The notes beneath the pieces were generated by a model. It worked only from the letters and a program-made list of their open reading frames with translations. It was not told where the DNA came from and ran no database searches. A stretch of DNA of 64,000 bases. Origin: Phycisphaerales bacterium (GTDB taxonomy: Bacteria > Planctomycetota > Phycisphaerae > Phycisphaerales > UBA1924). The stretch spans positions 22,277-86,276 of the forward strand of contig DASPKU010000002.1 of assembly GCA_035627955.1 (NCBI GenBank), read 5' to 3'. A program made the position numbers and the translations under genes. How positions within the stretch are numbered: the first letter of the stretch is position 1; each line of letters opens with the position of its first letter. Below are positions 8,401 to 19,128 of the stretch, piece by piece.

Positions 8401-10674
8401 TTACGGCTGATTCGGCGCGAACACCGGATCGGTCAGCGGCAGCCCCTGGCCCGACTGGTAGCCGCGCTGCATCGTCTGCCGCCCGTTGGTGGTATCCGTG
8501 CGAACGACGCTCACGATGCCCGCCGCAGACTGCGTGAAGGACGTCTGGCTGTTGGTGCCGGTACCGAACACCTGGATGGTGTAGTTCTGGAAGGCCGCGT
8601 TGCTCGCGATCTTGGCCAGCACCGCCGCGAGTGACTTGGTGGTGACGTCGGCCCGCCCGCGGGCGCCCAGGGTCCCCGAGGCGCCGTCGATGACGGTGCC
8701 GTCGTTGAAGATGAACCGCACGGTGTACGCAAAGTTCACGTCCGGGTCCGCGAAGGGGTTGAAGAGGCTGATCACCTCGCTCTGGTTCGCGTTGCTGGGG
8801 CTCAGCTGACCCGCGAAGAACAGGCTGGGCGAGATGCTCCGCGAGAACGCAGAGGTCATGCCGTCGGCCCGCTTGCCCGCCGTCACCGTGTTGCGCCCCA
8901 CGGCGTCGAAGCTCGTGTACTGGGCCGCGATCGGAGCCGTGGATGCGTACGTGACCGCGAACGTGGTGCCGTCGGCCACGCCCAGGTCCGTGGTCGTCAC
9001 CGAGAAGTCGTTGCGGCTGTTGGGCTGCACCAGCACCGTCCGCGTGGTGGCGGTGGTGTTGCTCGCGCCCGTAGGCCAGAAGGACAGCGTCACCGAGGCG
9101 GCGCTGCTGCCCATGTTGAGCAGGCTGATCACGTTGGTGAAGTTGTTCTTGGCCTGCACGAAGGCGATTCCGCCCTGCGTGGCGCCGCCGCCCTCAACGC
9201 CGATGAGGCCGAACGCCGGCGTGTACGCGGTCTGGGGGTTCTGGCCGCTGAGCGGCAGGTCCCAGTCGCTGGCGTTCACCACAAGGTCAACAGTGGAGGT
9301 CACGCGGGCCGACAGCGTGCCCGCGGGCAGGTTGAGGTCGGCCAGCTCGATGCCGCTGCGGCGGAAGGGCTCCACGCGCCGCGTGAAGGACTGCGTCCCG
9401 GTCGAGGTGCGGAAGGTGATCGTCACCGTGCCGGTCTGATCGCTCAGGTTCTGCCAGGTGATGAACTCGCGGCTGTTGCTGTTGCGCTCGATGCGGGGCA
9501 GGTCCCAGGTCCGCAGCGGGTTGGTCCCGCTGGGCGCCGCCTGCACGTTGTAGAAGTCGCTCGAGACCGCGCCGTTGAAGTCCACGCGGTGGGCCGTGGC
9601 CGAAACGGGGATCGGGTTGACCACCGTGCTCGCGAAGGCCGACTGGACTTCGACCGAGTACGGCGTGTTGCTGCGCACCAGGTTCAGGCCCGCCTGCGCG
9701 AAGTCCGACAGCTGGATCGTCATCGACTTGCGGGCGTCGATCGTGCCCTGGGCCACCACCACGTCGCGGATGCCCGTCTCGTAGTGAACGATGATCTGGT
9801 AGCTCGCCGGCACGTTATTGCCGTTGCTGATCACCACGCTCTCGGTGCTGGCGCCGCTGCGGAAGCCCTCGGGGTACACCAGCGTCTGGTTGAAGAAGCC
9901 CGCGGTCGTCGCCGGCTTGATCACCTCCGCGTTCACGATCGTGACGAGGTCGCGCTCGCGCACACCCGTCGTTGCGTTGAACCCGGCGTTGACCGGCACC
10001 GTGCTGAAGTTCGTCGACTCGGGGCCGGCGAACTTGGCCTGACCGGTGAGGTCCGGGTGCGCCAAGCCCTGGATCGTCTGCACCACGCTCCAGCCCTGGA
10101 TGATCCGCCCGAACACCGCGTACCCGCCGTTACCCTGGGCGTCGGGGTTCAGGAAGTCGTTGTCGACGTAGTTGATAAACCACTGGCTCGTGGCCGAGTT
10201 CAGGGCGTTCGTCCGCGCCATGGCGAGCGTGCGTGCATTGTTCTCGCGACCGGTCAGCTCGCGCACGATCTGGGCGTCGGTCTGCACGGTGGACAGCCCG
10301 GCCGTGTCGTCGAACTTGAAGCCGCCGCCCTGGAGGACGAAGGGCGAGTTGTCGGGGTTGAAGGCCGAGCGGTGGAAGAATGTCTCGTCGTAACGCCCGC
10401 TGGTGACGTAGTTGAGGAAGTTCTGCACCGTGATGGGCGCGGCGCTGTTGAACAGCTCGATGTCGAAGTCGCCGTAGTTGGTCTCGATCCGGACCACCGT
10501 GTTATTGGGGCTCTCGAGGTCCGCAATGGTGGGCAGCGGGCTGTTGGCCAGCAGCTTCCGCTGCTCCAGGCTCTCGAACGCGCTCACCTGCGGCGCCTTC
10601 CCGGTTCGGGTGGCCAGCAGACGCGCGAGCAGACCGGTGATCGACCGACCAGGGGACGCAATCATCGACAGCAT
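8401..10674 (-). CDS. secreted cyclophilin-type peptidyl-prolyl isomerase fused to a C-terminal beta-rich region of more than 500 aa with unknown function
   Basis: ATG at 10672-10674 and leader ...FESLEQRKLLAN. Cyclophilin motifs are present (VRIETNYGDFDIELF..APITVQNFLNYV..FHRS..VLQGGGF..LAMAR..SQWFIN). The remainder is Thr/Ser/Asn/Val-rich with no family I can name. Confidence 0.8.
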   Translation of the reverse strand: MLSMIASPGRSITGLLARLLATRTGKAPQVSAFESLEQRKLLANSPLPTIADLESPNNTVVRIETNYGDFDIELFNSAAPITVQNFLNYVTSGRYDETFFHRSAFNPDNSPFVLQGGGFKFDDTAGLSTVQTDAQIVRELTGRENNARTLAMARTNALNSATSQWFINYVDNDFLNPDAQGNGGYAVFGRIIQGWSVVQTIQGLAHPDLTGQAKFAGPESTNFSTVPVNAGFNATTGVRERDLVTIVNAEVIKPATTAGFFNQTLVYPEGFRSGASTESVVISNGNNVPASYQIIVHYETGIRDVVVAQGTIDARKSMTIQLSDFAQAGLNLVRSNTPYSVEVQSAFASTVVNPIPVSATAHRVDFNGAVSSDFYNVQAAPSGTNPLRTWDLPRIERNSNSREFITWQNLSDQTGTVTITFRTSTGTQSFTRRVEPFRRSGIELADLNLPAGTLSARVTSTVDLVVNASDWDLPLSGQNPQTAYTPAFGLIGVEGGGATQGGIAFVQAKNNFTNVISLLNMGSSAASVTLSFWPTGASNTTATTRTVLVQPNSRNDFSVTTTDLGVADGTTFAVTYASTAPIAAQYTSFDAVGRNTVTAGKRADGMTSAFSRSISPSLFFAGQLSPSNANQSEVISLFNPFADPDVNFAYTVRFIFNDGTVIDGASGTLGARGRADVTTKSLAAVLAKIASNAAFQNYTIQVFGTGTNSQTSFTQSAAGIVSVVRTDTTNGRQTMQRGYQSGQGLPLTDPVFAPNQP

Positions 10675-10964
10675 GCCTGACTCCAATCGGCGGCGACAGC
10701 GGCGGCCATTCCGGCCCGCCCCGCGCCCCCGGCTTGTGCATGTACACGGGCGCACGACCCGCGGTTCCGGGCGCCGCCCCACTCGGGCGCACCCGCACTC
10801 AATCCTACTCGAACCAGGTGACTTTGGCGCACCAAAATGCATGCGCTTTCAGTGCTTAGCGCGCAAGTCCCGTGCTGTCTCCCGCCCGTTTCTCCCCTCC
10901 GCGCCCGCCGATTCCCGGCGCAACACCCGAATGGGAGGGGGTTTGGCGTGTATACTCGCCACCA

Positions 10965-12581
10965 ATGGATCAGTCCCCGCTCCGCAGCCGCCCCGCCGTC
11001 GTCGGCCTCGAGGCCCTCACCGCCGGAGCGAACGGCACACACGCCATCCACACCAACGGCTCGCATGCGACCCACACCCCCCATGGGCGTCCGTGGAAAG
11101 TCGCCGCCATTGTCCCCTGCTTCAACCGCCGCAGCGACCTTGTGCTCCTCCTCAAGGATGTCGCCCGCCAGGACCTCCGCCCCGTCAAGGGCCGCCCCAT
11201 TCAGCTGTGGCTGACCGTGGTTGATAACGCATCGACCGATCCGCTTTCTACGATCTCTATTCCCGATGGGCTGACGGTGGAGTTCGTGCGGCTTGAGAAG
11301 AACACCGGCGGCTCGGGCGGTTTCAACGCCGGCATGTCCCATGTCCTCTCCGGTGCAGGTCTTACGGCCGAGCTCGGGCAGCCCGACTTCCTCTGGTGGC
11401 TCGATTCCGACGCCCGCGCCGGGCGCAAGTGCCTGCGCGAGCTGGTCAAGGTGCTCGCCCGCCACCCCCGGGTCGGCGGCGTCGGGTCGGCCCTGGGCGA
11501 CATCCCCACCGGCGACACCTGGGAGACCGGCGCCAAGATCACGCGGAAGAACGGCTACATCAAGCCATGCCGGCCCACCGATAAGCGCTTCCCCAACGAG
11601 GCCGACTACCTCGCCGCGTGCTCGGGCCTGGTCCGCCGCACCGCCGTGGAGCGCACCGGCCTCTTCCCCGAAAACTTCATCTACTACGACGACATCGACT
11701 GGTGCATCCAGATGACGGCCAAGACCGGCCTGAAGATCGTGGGCGCCCCCAAGAGCCGCGCGTACCACCCCCCAGGCAACCGCCGCTACGTCACGTGGGG
11801 CCGCTACTACATCGCCCGTAACTGCTTCTCGCACATGGACGTGATGAAGCTGGGCAACTGGACCCGCTTCAAGCGCGCCCTCCGCGAGCTGCCCCGGGCG
11901 GTCGGCCAGGCCATGATGGGCCTGGAGGAACTCGCCGAGCTGCACATCAAGGGCCTCGCCGACGCCAAGGCGAAGAACTTCCCCAAGATCGAGCCCCGCG
12001 ACCTCGTCAAGCCGCTGGGGTTCAAGCCCTTCAAGGACATCCAGCAGGTGATCGACGCCGCGAAGGCCGAGCTCCAGAAGGAGGGCATCAGCAGCCCCAA
12101 CCTCTGGGTGCACCCGCTGCTCAAGAGCAAGATCCCGGGTCTCGAGGCCTTCCGGCGCGAGCTCCGCCGCGTGAAGTTCGAGTGGCCCACCGAGCGCTCC
12201 GTGTGGCGCAACCGCGCCCTCGAGGGTCACTTGTGGAAGGACTTCGTCGAGGCCGCATGGCGGGGGCTCACCTCCCCCACCGCCGACGTCGCGATCGTTC
12301 CAACCGGGTGGCCGACCTCCTGGTTCCGCGGGCGCATCCTCATCCAGGTCACGACCGAAGGGCTGCTGGTGCGGCGCGTGCGTCCCATGCGGCAGGCGGT
12401 CAAGGCCGCGAGCATCGCGTGGCGCGGCTTCGGCCTCGCCGTGGGAATCGGCCTGCGCGGCCCGCACACGATGCAGCTTCCGCCGGCACCCGCATTCCGC
12501 CCGGTCCTCAAGCCTGTCCCGGCGGAAGAGCACATCCCCACGGAGGTCGTCCCGCAGGCGATTCCCGCGGCTGTGGGCTGA
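10965..12581 (+). CDS. family 2 glycosyltransferase with a long C-terminal extension
   Basis: VAAIVPCFNRRSDL...VVDNASTD...GGSGGFNAGM...WWLDSDA (GT-A fold, DxD). Third-position GC rises sharply only after the ATG at 10965. A TATACT box 8 nt upstream suggests a short or absent leader. The track start at 10872 remains possible. Confidence 0.75.
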   Translation: MDQSPLRSRPAVVGLEALTAGANGTHAIHTNGSHATHTPHGRPWKVAAIVPCFNRRSDLVLLLKDVARQDLRPVKGRPIQLWLTVVDNASTDPLSTISIPDGLTVEFVRLEKNTGGSGGFNAGMSHVLSGAGLTAELGQPDFLWWLDSDARAGRKCLRELVKVLARHPRVGGVGSALGDIPTGDTWETGAKITRKNGYIKPCRPTDKRFPNEADYLAACSGLVRRTAVERTGLFPENFIYYDDIDWCIQMTAKTGLKIVGAPKSRAYHPPGNRRYVTWGRYYIARNCFSHMDVMKLGNWTRFKRALRELPRAVGQAMMGLEELAELHIKGLADAKAKNFPKIEPRDLVKPLGFKPFKDIQQVIDAAKAELQKEGISSPNLWVHPLLKSKIPGLEAFRRELRRVKFEWPTERSVWRNRALEGHLWKDFVEAAWRGLTSPTADVAIVPTGWPTSWFRGRILIQVTTEGLLVRRVRPMRQAVKAASIAWRGFGLAVGIGLRGPHTMQLPPAPAFRPVLKPVPAEEHIPTEVVPQAIPAAVG

Positions 12582-12608
12582 ACGCCCGCGCGCGGATAGT
12601 CTCACGCC

Positions 12609-13484
12609 GTGCTCTCGGTCGTCATCCTCTCCTACAACCGGCGCGAAGCCCTCCGCCGCACGCTTGGTGAGCTGCGCGCCCAGGGACTGTTTGACTCCGC
12701 GCAGATCATCGTCGTCGACAACGCCTCGTCCGACGGCTCGCCCGACATGGTGCGGGCCGAGTTCCCCGCATGCGAGGTGCTCGCGCTCACGACCAACGCT
12801 GGCGTCGCCGGCTTCAACCGCGGGGCCGAGCGCGCCCGCGGCGACATGCTGCTCATCCTCGACGACGACGCCTGGCCCGAGCCCGATGCACTTGTCGCCG
12901 CGCTGGAGATGCTCCGCACCAAGCCCGCGACCGGGGCGGTCGCGCTCCTCCCCAAGCACCCGGTGTCGCAAGTAGAGGAATGGCGGCACGAGAAGCTGCC
13001 GCAGTCGCGCTGGCCCGTCATGGGCTGCGGCAACCTCATCCGCACCGAGGTCTGGCGGGCGGTCGGCGGCTATGAGGAGGGCTTCTTCCTCTACCGCAAC
13101 GACACCGACCTCGCCCTCAAGCTGCTGGCCGCGGGGTTCGACGTGTGGTTCGACCCTACGTGGATCGTCTGGCACGACAGCCCGGGCGCCAGCCGCAAGA
13201 GCGACCGCTGGCTCACCCTCGCCACCCGCAACTGGGTCTGGCTCGCCCGCCGGCACGGCCGCCGCTTCTCCAAACGCATCGGCGCCCTCGCGGGCATCGC
13301 CTGGGCCGTGCGCCTCGCCGGCCTCTCCCCCCGCCGCCAATGGCTGGTCGCCCGCGGCGCCTGGACCGGCTGCTGGACCCGCCCGCCTCAAGTTCCCGCG
13401 GCATGCCATGTGGACGGGAAGGCGTTCCGTGACCTGGTGAAGCGGCAGGTTGGTGGAAGATGGCGCGCTCGCCGACCCGTGTGA
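12609..13484 (+). CDS. family 2 glycosyltransferase
   Basis: LSVVILSYNRREAL...IVVDNASSDGS...LILDDDAWP...GCGNLIRTEVW; GTG start. Confidence 0.85.
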   Translation: MLSVVILSYNRREALRRTLGELRAQGLFDSAQIIVVDNASSDGSPDMVRAEFPACEVLALTTNAGVAGFNRGAERARGDMLLILDDDAWPEPDALVAALEMLRTKPATGAVALLPKHPVSQVEEWRHEKLPQSRWPVMGCGNLIRTEVWRAVGGYEEGFFLYRNDTDLALKLLAAGFDVWFDPTWIVWHDSPGASRKSDRWLTLATRNWVWLARRHGRRFSKRIGALAGIAWAVRLAGLSPRRQWLVARGAWTGCWTRPPQVPAACHVDGKAFRDLVKRQVGGRWRARRPV

Positions 13485-13591
13485 AACTCGTGCCTTGATG
13501 CCTCTCTTCCAACCGCCTCGGCTCCAATCTCCTCGGCGCCTCAGCCCGAACTCACCGCCCCCTCCTCCCCGCACCCGCATGCTTCCGCCGC

Positions 13592-14797
13592 ATGGACCTG
13601 CGGTCAGGGCATCCGTACTGGCCACTGGCTGACCCTCCCCAGCCGCGTTACCCCGCCCTCACCAAGGACATCGCGTGCGATGTCTGCGTCGTCGGCGCGG
13701 GCATCTCCGGCGCCCTCGCCGCGTACGAGCTCGCCCGCGCCGGCCTCAGGGTTGTTGTCGCCGACCGCCGCCAGCCCGGTCGGGGCTCCACGGCCGCGAG
13801 CACCGCGCTCCTCATGTACGACCTCGATGTTCCTCTCCACGAACTCGCCGACCGCATCGGCGAGGAGAAGGCCCAGCGCTGCTACCGCGTCGGCGTCGAG
13901 GCGATCGACCGCATTGCCGAGATCGCCGCGGACCTGCTCGACCCCTGCGGCTTCGAGCGGCGCCCCTCGCTCTTGATCGCCCACGACCCCAAGGCCAACG
14001 AGATGATCGAACGCGAGGTGGTCGCCCGGCGGGAGGCCGGGCTCGAGGTCACCCCGCTCACGCGCGATGAGATCGAGGCCCGCTACTCCTTCACCGCCCC
14101 GGGAGCCCTGTGGTCCCCCGCCGCGGCGGAGATCGACGGGTACCGCTTCACCCATGCCCTGTTAGATGACGCCTTCGACCACGGCGCCCTCATCTACGGC
14201 CACACCCGCGTCGGCCTGCCGGAGTCCGGCCCGCCCTACCGCCTGCCCACCGACAGTGGCGGCGAGATCACCGCCGAGCACGTCGTGCTCGCCGGCGGCT
14301 ACGAAGCCATCGAGGCCGTGGGCATGCCCACACGCAACAAGCTGATCTCCACTTACGCCGTGGCCACTACGCCGGTTGAGGCCTTCAAGGGCTGGGAGGA
14401 CCGCGCCCTGCTCTGGACCACCAGCAAGCCTTACCTGTACCTCCGCACCACACCCGACAACCGCATCATCGTCGGCGGCAGCGACGAGCCCCTCACCGAT
14501 CCCGATGAGCGCGACGCACTGATCGGCGAGAAGGCCAACGCGCTCATGGCCCGCCTGTGGCACCTCTTCCCCAAGCTCCGGCCTGAGCCCGAGTACGCCT
14601 GGGCGGGGTTCTTCATCGAGACGCCCGACGGCCTGCCCTACATTGGGGCTGTGCCCGGGAAGAAGGGCGTGTACGTGAGCCTCTGCTATGGCGCTAACGG
14701 CACCACCCTCGCCGCGGCCGGGGCCCGCATCATTCGCGAGATGATCGTTGAGAAGACCAGCAAGGACGCGCACCTCTTCGGCGTGGACCGCGCTTAG
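13592..14797 (+). CDS. FAD-dependent oxidoreductase (DAO family)
   Basis: Rossmann motif DVCVVGAGISGALAAYELARAG..VVVAD near the N-terminus. Its length and C-terminal pattern are typical of glycine/D-amino-acid oxidase-like enzymes. Confidence 0.85.
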   Translation: MDLRSGHPYWPLADPPQPRYPALTKDIACDVCVVGAGISGALAAYELARAGLRVVVADRRQPGRGSTAASTALLMYDLDVPLHELADRIGEEKAQRCYRVGVEAIDRIAEIAADLLDPCGFERRPSLLIAHDPKANEMIEREVVARREAGLEVTPLTRDEIEARYSFTAPGALWSPAAAEIDGYRFTHALLDDAFDHGALIYGHTRVGLPESGPPYRLPTDSGGEITAEHVVLAGGYEAIEAVGMPTRNKLISTYAVATTPVEAFKGWEDRALLWTTSKPYLYLRTTPDNRIIVGGSDEPLTDPDERDALIGEKANALMARLWHLFPKLRPEPEYAWAGFFIETPDGLPYIGAVPGKKGVYVSLCYGANGTTLAAAGARIIREMIVEKTSKDAHLFGVDRA

Positions 14798-15015
14798 GGC
14801 CGCCCGCAGCCGCCGCCCGGCTTGCCGCACGCGCAGCTGCCCGTGTGCACATGCCCGCCGCTGGAGGACGACCCGCCGCCCGCGAACACCGAGTGCTTGC
14901 GGCTGAACTTCCGCCCCTTGCCCTCAGGGTCCGTCACCGGCTTGTCGGCGTCGGCCATCGGGCGAATCAGCTCGATCACGGTCCCGTCCTCGGCTTCGTA
15001 CTCGTACAGCGGAAT
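14794..15015 (-). CDS. FmdB-like small protein lacking the zinc-ribbon cysteines; probable ATT start
   Basis: Reading upstream of the track ORF gives (ATT)-PLYEYEAEDGTVIELIRPM...GGGSSSSGGHVHTGSCACG. That is the MPxYEY N-terminus and the SSSS/Gly-Cys tail of the FmdB (CxxC_CxxC_SSSS) family. An in-frame TAA lies 3 codons before the ATT, and no ATG/GTG/TTG lies in between. Confidence 0.5.
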   Translation of the reverse strand: MPLYEYEAEDGTVIELIRPMADADKPVTDPEGKGRKFSRKHSVFAGGGSSSSGGHVHTGSCACGKPGGGCGRP

Positions 15016-15121
15016 GCCCCAACTTTACGGCCGTCCCGCAGGCATGGCGGCATCCGGCGGGCGCAAGTCGCCCTTGTTCCGACGCCCATATCCGCTATCC
15101 TGACCGCCCGGAGGTTCCACC

Positions 15122-15505
15122 ATGCCCGCGCTGATCATCACCGAAGGCAAGCAGAAGGGTCTTTTCCTGCCCCTGGGCCACAGCACGGCCGTGGTGGGTC
15201 GCGACCCCGCGATCGCGCTCCAGATCGAGGACCAGCTCGCCTCCCGCAAGCACTGCCAGGTCCGATTCGACGAGACCCGCAACGGCTACGTTCTGACGGA
15301 CATGAAGAGCGCCAACGGCACCAGGATCAACGATCGCGTCATCACCGGCGAGACGGTGCTCAACGACGACGACGAGATCACGATCGGCTCCACCAAGCTG
15401 CTGTTCACCATGTCCACCCCCGCGGACGGCCCCAGCGCCATGGAAGTCCTCAAGAGCGCCCGCGAACGCCACCACAGCACCATCGCCAGCCCGACGCGCC
15501 GGTAA
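15122..15505 (+). CDS. FHA domain-containing protein
   Basis: ...AVVGRDPAIALQIEDQLASRKHCQV...GYVLTDMKSANGTRINDRVI...DDDEITIG is the canonical FHA signature (GR...SR.H...NGT..N). Confidence 0.85.
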   Translation: MPALIITEGKQKGLFLPLGHSTAVVGRDPAIALQIEDQLASRKHCQVRFDETRNGYVLTDMKSANGTRINDRVITGETVLNDDDEITIGSTKLLFTMSTPADGPSAMEVLKSARERHHSTIASPTRR

Positions 15506-15507
15506 GG

Positions 15508-15598
15508 CCCCGTCACTTCGTTCCGGGCTCGTTCCGAACGGGCAAGCACATACTCACGCGACAGCCGTTCGGGACGAGCCCCGAACGAAGTGAGTGGG
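15508..15598. repeat. 'GAGCCCCGAACGAAGTGAG' palindromic element, locus A (two inverted arms of about 33 nt)
   Basis: cccgtcacttcgttccgggctcgttccgaacgg (15508-15540), then a spacer, then ccgttcgggacgagccccgaacgaagtgagtggg (15565-15598). The same arm sequence recurs at 23973, 26012 and 38555-38777. Confidence 0.85.
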
Positions 15599-15668
15599 CT
15601 TACTGCACTCGTCCTCGATAATGGCCTTTCCCCTTCGCCTTTACCGCATTGCTGGTAGCCTGTGCCCC

Positions 15669-16901
15669 ATGCGCTACGCCCCGCTGCTGCTCGTCCTGCT
15701 CGCCGGCTGCTCCGCCGCTCCCCAGACCGCCAGCCCCGGCATGATGCAGCCGGAGCGCCCGCGCGTCACCATCCCCCCCAACGCCACCCCCGTGACCGTG
15801 ACGCCCGAGATGAAGTCCGACGCCATCACCAAGGGCATCGCGGTCATCCTGAAACTGCAGCAGGGAAACAACAACGCCGAGTGGCCCTACGAGGGCGTCT
15901 ACCGCGTGCGTGGCCAGATCCCTTGGGGCTACCGCGTCGGCGGAACCGCCATCTGCACCCTCGCGCTGGTCGAGGCCCCCGGCTACAAGGACGACGCCAC
16001 GCGCCAGGAAGCGGTGAAGAAGGCCTGCAAGTTCATCTGCGAGAGCCGCACCGAGAAGGACCTCTCGCTCGAGACCTACAAGGAGAGCTACGACGTCCGC
16101 AGCTGGGGCCACCTCGAGGCCGTGGCCACGTTCTCGCGCATGAAGCAGCTCGAGGCGTTCCCCGCCGGCATGGAGCAGGAGATCGAGGACGCCATGGCGT
16201 TCTACCTCGACGCCCTGCACAAGCTGGAGATGCCCAAGGTCGGCGGGTGGAACTACGCCCGCCCCGGCGCTCCCTCGACCTTCATGACCGCCCGCGCCCT
16301 GCAGGCGCTGTTCGAGGCGAAGGCCGCGGGGTACACCGTGGACCCGGAGGTCGTGAGCCGCGCCCTGGCGTTCCTCGAGAAGTGCAAGAACGCCACCGGC
16401 GCCGTGATGTACGCCGGCACGCCCCGCGGCGAGCCCCGCAAGTCCGACGGCGTCCCCGGCGCCACCGGCCGCATGTGCTCGGTCGAGTCCACGCTCTTCC
16501 TCGCCGGGCGGTCCAACACCCCTGCCATGCGCGGCGCGTGCGACGCCTTCATCGTGCACTGGTCCTGGCTCAACCAGCGCCGCGTGCAGACCGGCACCCA
16601 CGTGCCGCCCTACGGCGTCGCCCCGTACTACTTCATGTTCGCCCACTACTACGCCGCGACCGCCGCGGAGCTGCTCCCCGCTTCTGAGCGCGAGGAGTAC
16701 CACCGCCGCATCAACGAGCTGCTCTTCAGCGTCCGGAATGAGGATGGCTCGTGGAACGACCGTGTGTTTGAGCGCAGCGCCGCCTACGGCACCGCCATGG
16801 CCATGCTCGCCATCATGGCCCCCGACCGCCGCCCCGCGGCCAAGTGGGACGGCGCGCCAGTGGCCGCGAAGGAGCCGGAGAATAAGACGGCGACGCCCTG
16901 A
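15669..16901 (+). CDS. prenyltransferase / squalene-oxidase-repeat (terpenoid cyclase fold) lipoprotein
   Basis: ATG at 15669 and lipobox LLVLLAGCSA. Repeated aromatic-rich alpha/alpha-toroid motifs (GGWNYARPG, DGSWNDRVF). Confidence 0.7.
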   Translation: MRYAPLLLVLLAGCSAAPQTASPGMMQPERPRVTIPPNATPVTVTPEMKSDAITKGIAVILKLQQGNNNAEWPYEGVYRVRGQIPWGYRVGGTAICTLALVEAPGYKDDATRQEAVKKACKFICESRTEKDLSLETYKESYDVRSWGHLEAVATFSRMKQLEAFPAGMEQEIEDAMAFYLDALHKLEMPKVGGWNYARPGAPSTFMTARALQALFEAKAAGYTVDPEVVSRALAFLEKCKNATGAVMYAGTPRGEPRKSDGVPGATGRMCSVESTLFLAGRSNTPAMRGACDAFIVHWSWLNQRRVQTGTHVPPYGVAPYYFMFAHYYAATAAELLPASEREEYHRRINELLFSVRNEDGSWNDRVFERSAAYGTAMAMLAIMAPDRRPAAKWDGAPVAAKEPENKTATP

Positions 16902-16932
16902 GCGCACACGCGGCCGAGCCACAGGGCGAGGA

Positions 16933-18513
<1,581 letters not shown>

Positions 18514-18576
18514 TGTTAGGCATGCCGCGCAGCCGAAGGCGCGAGCAGCCGCACGACAACCAACGCAAGAACAGGC

Positions 18577-19023
18577 TCAGGGCGCCGAATCCGCCGTCCG
18601 CCGCCCGTTGTTGTGCTTGCCGCCCTCCTTGGGCGAGTCCTGCACCAGCGACTGCAGCGTCACGCCCTCGAGCGACTTCATCACCATCGTCTTGACCTGC
18701 GCCAGGGTGTCCTGCAGCGTGCCCACATCATTTGGCGGGCCGTAGCTCAGGCTGACGCGGTCGTGCGTCGTCAGCTCACCCACCGTCTGGACGATCTCCA
18801 GCAGGTTGATGTCCCCCGCCTCGCGCGCCAGCATGTAGCCGCCGCCGACGCCCCGGCGCCCGCGGATCAGCCCCGAGCTCGCCAGCTGCTGAAGCACCTT
18901 CGCGAGGTAGTTGGCAGGGACATTGGTTTTGGTGGCAAGGGTGGTGGTAGGGACGAGCTCGCCGGGGGCAGTGGCGAGGCACGCCATCGCGCGTAGCGCG
19001 TATTCAGTGGTTTGCGAGAACAC
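18577..19023 (-). CDS. Rrf2-family transcriptional regulator
   Basis: (GTG)FSQTTEYALRAMACLA...ATKTNVPANYLAKVLQQLASSGLIRGRRGVGGGYMLA. Confidence 0.9.
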   Translation of the reverse strand: MFSQTTEYALRAMACLATAPGELVPTTTLATKTNVPANYLAKVLQQLASSGLIRGRRGVGGGYMLAREAGDINLLEIVQTVGELTTHDRVSLSYGPPNDVGTLQDTLAQVKTMVMKSLEGVTLQSLVQDSPKEGGKHNNGRRTADSAP

Positions 19024-19128
19024 ATCGCTCTCCGGCCGGGCCCCCCCGAGCGCGGCGATGAAAAGAAGAAAACATGAAGAGTCACACGACGCCCCACCAA
19101 AGTAACAGAAATCCGGCGTCGCAAGAAC

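Noticed and set aside
10662-13625. 987-aa ORF on the minus strand spanning the two glycosyltransferase genes
   Set aside because: It lies antisense to two genes with clear GT2 motifs. The product is Gly/Arg/Ala/Pro-rich with no recognisable motif, which is a typical shadow ORF of GC-rich DNA.
14794-14979. Taking the track ORF (GTG at 14979) at face value as the small protein's start
   Set aside because: That start would cut off the family-defining PLYEYE segment that is encoded in frame directly upstream. I prefer the ATT start, with moderate confidence.
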